Shown: positions 57,771 through 64,000 of the stretch, piece by piece
Layout: each line of letters starts with the position of its first letter
Position numbering within the stretch: position 1 is the first letter of the stretch
NCBI GenBank assembly: GCA_020137815.1
Contig: CM035356.1
Location: forward strand, 3,100,001 to 3,164,000
From: Hormiphora californensis
Lineage: Eukaryota > Animalia > Ctenophora
Length of the DNA: 64,000 nucleotides
Direction: 5' to 3'
The notes under the pieces: generated by a model
What the model was told of the DNA's origin: nothing
Database searches by the model: none
Seen by the model: only the letters and a program-made list of their open reading frames with translations
Translations under genes and position numbers: made by a program

Positions 57771-58289
57771 GTAGTAGAGGCAATAACTACACTCACCCCC
57801 CTCTGATTTCTGTGAAACTTCTCCCATGCTAAGAGGTGGTATTGGAGGTTCAAATACCGCTGAGTTTAAACTTTAAGTCTGGAAATGTTCGGTTCGTCAA
57901 TTATCGCTAACTGAAAAACGCCTAAATGGCCTAAATCGCGCTAAGTTCGGATTTGAAATTTTAGAGTTGTGACTCCAGACTTCGTGGAGATGTCCGCTAG
58001 GATGACAATATGCACCAAAATCGGACGGAAGCATAAATTCGCCCGAATTCGGTACGAAAAGAGCGTAAATGGCAAAAAAGTGATTTTGGATCCATGTCAC
58101 GTGACCAAAATTCAGTCTACCCGGTTTAGGCCATTTTGGCGTTTTTCAATTATCGATAATTGGCGAACCGAACATTTTCCAGACTTAAACTCAGCGGTAT
58201 TTGAACCTCCATTACCACCCTTTAGGCTTTAGCATGGGAGAAGTTTTACAGAAATCAGAGGAGGTGAGTGTAGTTATTGCCTCTACTAC
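57771..58289. mobile_element. ~520-bp MITE with ~165-bp TIRs
   Basis: GTAGTAGAGGCAATAACTACACTCACC... / ...GGTGAGTGTAGTTATTGCCTCTACTAC. Confidence 0.8.
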
Positions 58290-58401
58290 CGCTGTGAGTG
58301 GTCCCACCCCAACAACCCCTGAGTTCTAACAGATGCTCCTCCTGGGGATCGCCTGAATAAACTAGGGATTCCAACGTCGCCAAGAAAGATATACCATCAT
58401 C

Positions 58402-59772
58402 ATGGCTTGGGAAATGGCTAACGGAAAATCACAAATCAACATTGGAACCCGTTTCTACCAAAGCAAACTTTTCAACACTACACTACAAACTTTTCAACAC
58501 TACTTTAAACAAATTAATTTGAGTTTCAGGAAGCATGACTCAATGACCCCCCTCGGAACGCTGACGATGAACACGACTAAGCAGTGCAAGGAGGAGGAGA
58601 ACAAGCGGAATGAGGCTGTTATGGAGAAGCTGAGAAACCATGAGGACGCCAGCAACGATGTTAAACGCGTGCTAAAGGCCTACAGCGTCAAGGTCAAACA
58701 CGATACTAACCTGAAAAATCTGGCCAAAATCAACGACGATGCCCTTCATGCTGTGGCAGAGTTTCTCGGGGGGAAACCCCTTAACGACTCCGGGCAGAAA
58801 ACGTACAGGACCCGAACCAGCTTCATAGATTGGATAATCATGGCCATAGAAGGTCTGTTTCAACAAGACTGCAGTGCGTGTAAAGGGTCATATACCCTAG
58901 AGAGAGGAGCTAAAGCCAAGTTTACCTGTGCCAGCTGTGGAGGAGGATCCCATGACTGTGAACAGGTGATGAGTCATCCTGCATTGAACGTCCCCGGCTT
59001 TGTGTGGGTGTGCGACGGATGCACCAAGAAGTTTAGTCTGGAGACTCTTTCAGGCACGGATGATGTAGATGAACCGCCTCAGAGCGGCGCCAGCGAGAGA
59101 AAATTCAGTTTCCCATCTACTCAAGCAGCAACCACCACTGACAAAGAAGACGAGCCGGAGGAGAAGAAGGAGGCAATCAAACCTACAGAGGTATGTTCTT
59201 TCTATCTCAGGAGGAAATGTCGGCATGGGAGAGACGGCACCAAGAAGTGGAAGGGGGCAGAATGCCCGAAAAAACACCCGGAAATCTGTAGAAAATACAG
59301 TAACTATGGGACCATGAGACGCGGGGGTTGTAATCGAGGGGCAGAGTGCAGATTCTACCATGTACCATTGTGCCGTTCATCGGAAACTCGCCATGAGTGC
59401 TTGAAGGAAGACTGCCAACACCAACACCTAAAGAATACCAGAAGATCCAACGACGAAGGATGGAAGATAGCCGGGCAACGGAACCGCAACACTTCCGGCC
59501 AGTACCAGCCTAAAAACCGGACTCGATCACGATCTAGTTCCAGAACCAGGAACGCCAGCAACATTTCCAGTGCTGACAGGAATAGGTCCAGGGAACCATC
59601 CAGGGAGGACACAAACAAGAGTAAAGAGGAGGATTTTTTCGAGCGCCTCCTAGAGAGGCTAACAATCTCTCTCCCAGGGCTTGTGGCGTCCGAGATACAC
59701 AAACACAGGCCAGTCTCGAACATATCGTGGAACATTCCACCCGGCACGCAATTGACACAGGGTGCACGCTAA
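58402..59772 (+). CDS. LINE ORF1 with a PHD-like finger and CCCH zinc fingers
   Basis: CSAC...CASC...HDC...WVCDGC; CSFYLRRKCRHG...CPKKH; CRKY...CNRGAECRFYH. Confidence 0.8.
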   Translation: MAWEMANGKSQINIGTRFYQSKLFNTTLQTFQHYFKQINLSFRKHDSMTPLGTLTMNTTKQCKEEENKRNEAVMEKLRNHEDASNDVKRVLKAYSVKVKHDTNLKNLAKINDDALHAVAEFLGGKPLNDSGQKTYRTRTSFIDWIIMAIEGLFQQDCSACKGSYTLERGAKAKFTCASCGGGSHDCEQVMSHPALNVPGFVWVCDGCTKKFSLETLSGTDDVDEPPQSGASERKFSFPSTQAATTTDKEDEPEEKKEAIKPTEVCSFYLRRKCRHGRDGTKKWKGAECPKKHPEICRKYSNYGTMRRGGCNRGAECRFYHVPLCRSSETRHECLKEDCQHQHLKNTRRSNDEGWKIAGQRNRNTSGQYQPKNRTRSRSSSRTRNASNISSADRNRSREPSREDTNKSKEEDFFERLLERLTISLPGLVASEIHKHRPVSNISWNIPPGTQLTQGAR

Positions 59773-62700
59773 ACAAAGGCACCAAAGGAGAAGTATGCGG
59801 ATCAAAGCTTCTCCTTATTAACGGCAGGAGTCTCAACCCTGCCGCCACTAGCAAAACAAAGTGGAAAATGAGATACCTTGCGGACCAAATCACCAGCTCT
59901 GATCTACCTGTAATGGCAGTGGGCCTAACTGAGACTTGGTGGGATGGAAGAGTGGAGGACGCACAAGTAAAGATACCGGGATACAGTCTGTGGCGAGCAG
60001 ATAGGGAGACCAGTAGGCAGTACCGGGGGAGGCTGTGCTCTGTTCGTTCATGGCTCGCTGATAGTCACTGATAAAACTTCTTGGGGAGACAACTTCAACA
60101 ACATGGTTGCTGTGTACATTGCTAGGTGTCACACCATAGTTGCCTCAATCTACCGCACCAGTGATTACCAAGACCTGCTTGAGACACTACAGGCCTTTAT
60201 AAACAAGCACTCCCACGAAAGAACTGTCCCTGATCTCTACATCATGGGGGACCTAAACCTACCACACCACAATTGGGATCTTTTAACCCTGGGGGGAGAC
60301 AGAGAAGACAGAATATCAGCAGCAACAGAGAACTTTACACAACAAAATTTCCTATGTCAAGTTGTCGACGATGCAACAAGAGAGTCCAGTTTGCTTGATG
60401 TAATTTTGACTAATAGACCGGACTACTTTATCAAAACTGAGGTTGAAGCAACCATTAGTATGTCAGATCACAAAACAGTAGCCGGTGTACTAGGGTATAA
60501 CATGACATGCACTCCACACTTTAAGAAGAAAAAACTAGATCGTTGGTCATTCGAAGGAGTGTGTTATCACAAATCGGATATGAATAAACTGAGGGACTTG
60601 CTTAGTGATATTGATTGGGATGTTCTTTGGGAATTGTGTGAATCACTTGAAAACATTGATAGGCTCACAGCATTCACAAACCTACTAACCCTCACTGTCC
60701 TTCAGGTCACATGCTCCAGTGCCCCACTGAAGAAAATCCAGGACTACTCCCATCTTGTTAAGGACAATGCACTAACCAAGTTGAAATCAAAGAGGAGGAG
60801 GATCGACAGACGAATAAAGAAGCTACAGAAGAAGGGGGCCGGCCAGACCAGAGTTGCTAAACTAGAAGCCCTTGCAGCTGAGATCATCACCAATATCAAG
60901 GAACACATTACCCGAAGTATAAATGCTGAGGAAGACAAAGCAGTGGCACAGATCAAGAAGAATCCCAAAGCTTTTTACTCTTTTGCGAAGAGGAAAAGAA
61001 AAGTACAGTCGACAGTTGGACCATTACTGTCACAGAGTGGAGAGCTGACGGATGATCCACGGAGGAAAGCTGAAATACTCCAGGACCAGTATGTTAAAGT
61101 TTTCAGTGACCCCTCCCTAGTCAACGTAGAAAACGCCCTAATGGATATCGAAGAGAGGAAAGCCGAGTTGACAGATATTGAACTCTCCCCTGCAATCATC
61201 GAAGGGGCCTTGAAGGAGCTAAACCCACATTCCGCAGCACCCAAAGGCGATATTCCATCACTGATTCTCCACGAGGCCAGGGATAAACTTTGCTATCCAC
61301 TATGGATATTGTGGAACCAATCCTTTCACCGCGGGTTCATTCCCGCCGAACTGAAGAAACAACAAATTGCACCCATTTTCAAGAAGGGCAATAAGAGTCT
61401 GCCAGAGAACTACCGCCCAGTGGCACTGACGAGCCACGTCACTAAAACCTTCGAACGAGTGGTAAGAAGTCAACTAGCGGACTTTGTGGAAAAGGCAGGG
61501 ATCATAAACGAGGAGCAGCATGGATTCCGGTCGGGTAGAAGCTGTCTGACGCAACTACTCAACCATTACGATGCAATCCTAGAGGATCTGAACAATGGCC
61601 ACGAAGTAGATGTGGCCTATATCGATTTTGCTAAAGCATTCGATAAAGTCGATATTCGAATCCTACTGGGCAAGCTGCAAAGATACGGCATACGAGGAAA
61701 ACTGTTGAACTGGATCGAGGCCTTCCTTACAGGTAGAGCACAGACGGTAGTGACGGAGGGCTACTGCTCCAGACCAGAATATGTCATCAGTAGTGTGATC
61801 CAGGGCTCAGTGCTGGGTCCACTTCTGTTTATTATCTATGTTAGTGATTTGGCCGCTTGCACGCTGGGTGGTACACTAACGTTTGCAGACGACACGAAGA
61901 GCAGGCAATCGATCGAACAAGCAGAGGACATGAAATCACTTCAGGGAGACCTCGACAGAATCGCCGATTGGTCAAAGAAGAACAACATGCTTCTACATGA
62001 GGACAAGTTCGAAATTCTCAACTACACCCTGAACAAAACAAAGCTTCTACGAGTTCTTCCCTTCAATGTGGAAAACTATCGATACTACAATACAAATGGT
62101 GAGGACATTAGCCCTGCACACTGTGTGAAAGACCTGGGTATCCACATGACCAATGACGCATCGTGGACAACACACATCGGTATCATCACCAGAGAAACCA
62201 AAAGATTAGCTGGATGGGTCCTAGGAGTGTTCAGAGACAGATCTACAGCAACCATGGTTACCTTACTGAAATCGCTCATTCGGCCGAAGCTAGAATACTG
62301 CTCGCCACTATGGTCGCCATGCCAAACTGGCGAGATTGCAAAGATCGAGGGAATCCAACGTTTCTTCACACGGAGAATCACAGACTGTGAAGGCATGAAT
62401 TACTGGGAACGATTAGCCCACCTCAGGATACTTTCTTTGCAGAGAAGACGGGAAAGATACATGATCATACATATGTGGAAGATATACAAGGGGCTAGCAC
62501 CTAATAGCACGAACATATCCTTCTACGTCCACCATCGACACGGTCCGAAAGCAGTTGTCCCTCGGATCATCACATCGGCACAGAAATCAGTGCAGACGCT
62601 ACGGGATGCATCATTCGGAGTTAGAGCGGTTCAACTCTTTAACAGGATGCCCGAGGAAGTACGGCTGGCAACATCAATCGAGAACCTAAAAGTCACACTT

Positions 62701-62799
62701 GGAGACTTCCTTGCTACCATACCAGACTTTCCACCTGTCAGAGGATACTCGAGCCCTAGAGATAACTCCCTTGTTGCCCTGCTCACTGAGGGGAAGTAG
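59727..62799 (+). CDS. LINE ORF2, apurinic endonuclease + reverse transcriptase (one frameshift at ~60026)
   Basis: APE: GLTETW, IYR, MGDLN, LLDVIL, SDH. RT: NYRPVAL, QHGFR, DFAKAFD, QGSVLGP, FADD. Confidence 0.92.
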
Positions 62800-63707
62800 T
62801 TCACTCATATAGGGAATATCATTTTATCACGCGGAAGCTCTGCTGAGTGCGTTGTATTCATTTGTTATGTATACTAAAACTTATTTGTAATCTTGTAATC
62901 TTGTAATCTTGTAATCGTTTTGGAAAACGAGCGGAGGTGCCAACATGACCCAAAGTTACAAAGCCCCACCAACTGCACCCAATCGTCTGTTGTCAAGAAG
63001 ATCGAAGTTTCAAAACTCCTTTGCCTCTAGAGCAACCAGACTGTAAAATACTTTACCAAGTGAGGTAAGGTAAACTCAGCAAAAGACCTGGCCGAGTTCC
63101 AGTCAGTATTTACAGGAGAGCCCCGAGTGATCACTGATCTTCCTTTGGACGAAACTGAATTTAACTTGGTCAATTATTTCATTTTTTTGTTTTCGGTTTT
63201 TTGCACACAAACCGTTCCACTAGACTCCATTTTTTTCAACTGTTCACCCCCAAAGTCGTGCGCGGAATTGTTTTGCGCGCGACAAAAATTCTAAATTTCA
63301 GTTTTTGGGTGAACAGTTGAAAAAAATGGACTTTAGGGGCTTATGAAGAATTTGATTCACATTCACCCTGTGTCCAAGTTTCTTTCGACTAAGTGAATAT
63401 GCCTGATGCCCCTAGTGGTTTTTAAAAATCTTGAAACCAAAACTTTATGGACATGTCAGTCCACGGAGGGGGGTTGTTTTGTTCAAACCCTATTATAAAT
63501 TTGTTTGTTATTTATTGAGATGTACGGCCATCACTTTTTATGACCATTACCTCCGTCTTCTGCATATGGCGCCGTTGCGCTCGAGAAGGGGGCTGACTGT
63601 CAACAAATGACAACCCCACCCCGAGTTACAGTACTGATTGTCACTCTATGACTAAAGTGTAAGCGAAACTAAAACAAACCCCCTGCGCGGCTCAAATTGA
63701 ACGTTTT

Positions 63708-64000
63708 TGGTCATAACTCCGTCAATTCTTGACCAAATCGCATAAATTTGGGCTCGTTGGAAAGCCCTGAATGTCCTCTTGCCAATGAATCCAAGTTTGT
63801 GTAATTTGGTTAAGAATTGACGTAGTTATGACCCAAAACGTGCCAAACAGTGCTGAAAAAGTACATTGGGTGATTTTGGGTCATAACTCGGTCAATTCTT
63901 GACCAAATAGCACGAACTTGGATTTATTGGCAAGAGGACATTCAGGGCTTTCCAACGAGCTCAAATCTATGCGATTTGGTCAAGAATTGACGGAGTTATG
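63708..64000. repeat. Inverted ~130-bp units, each internally palindromic (foldback-type), truncated by the window end
   Basis: 63708-63838 is the reverse complement of ~63875-64000. Confidence 0.75.

Larger units (their letters stand above)
58290..63072 (+). mobile_element. Near full-length CR1-like LINE
   Basis: ORF1 plus APE-RT ORF2. The 3' region has (CTTGTAAT)n and a terminal GTAAG repeat. Element ends are approximate. Confidence 0.88.

Overview
Intron-rich eukaryotic (animal) genomic DNA. It is most likely a ctenophore, which is an inference from a secreted-protein domain and the repeat style. A co-oriented minus-strand run holds BCCIP, Hsp110 (HSPH/HSPA4), a CNBD2-like cyclic-nucleotide-binding gene, PLK4 and a RING-finger gene. 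The plus strand holds a degenerate GIMAP/AIG1-like gene and a secreted sushi-domain gene. Introns and spacers are packed with foldback/MITE elements, an inverted Penelope-like GIY-YIG fragment, CR1-type LINEs and mini/microsatellites. Highlights: (1) an intronless, signal-peptide-bearing, extremely His-rich tandem-repeat gene nested antisense in a PLK4 intron and bracketed by ~440-bp direct repeats; (2) a 23-bp hairpin element present twice, each copy with its own perfect 8-bp target-site duplication (TSD); (3) RFX X-box motifs amplified by tandem repeats around the CNBD2-like gene; (4) a 3.7-kb foldback inserted 27 bp upstream of the Hsp110 ATG. Stretches at ~9.15-12.4 kb and ~40.9-47.55 kb look like unpolished long-read sequence and were read with caution. 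Exon coordinates were derived by eye.
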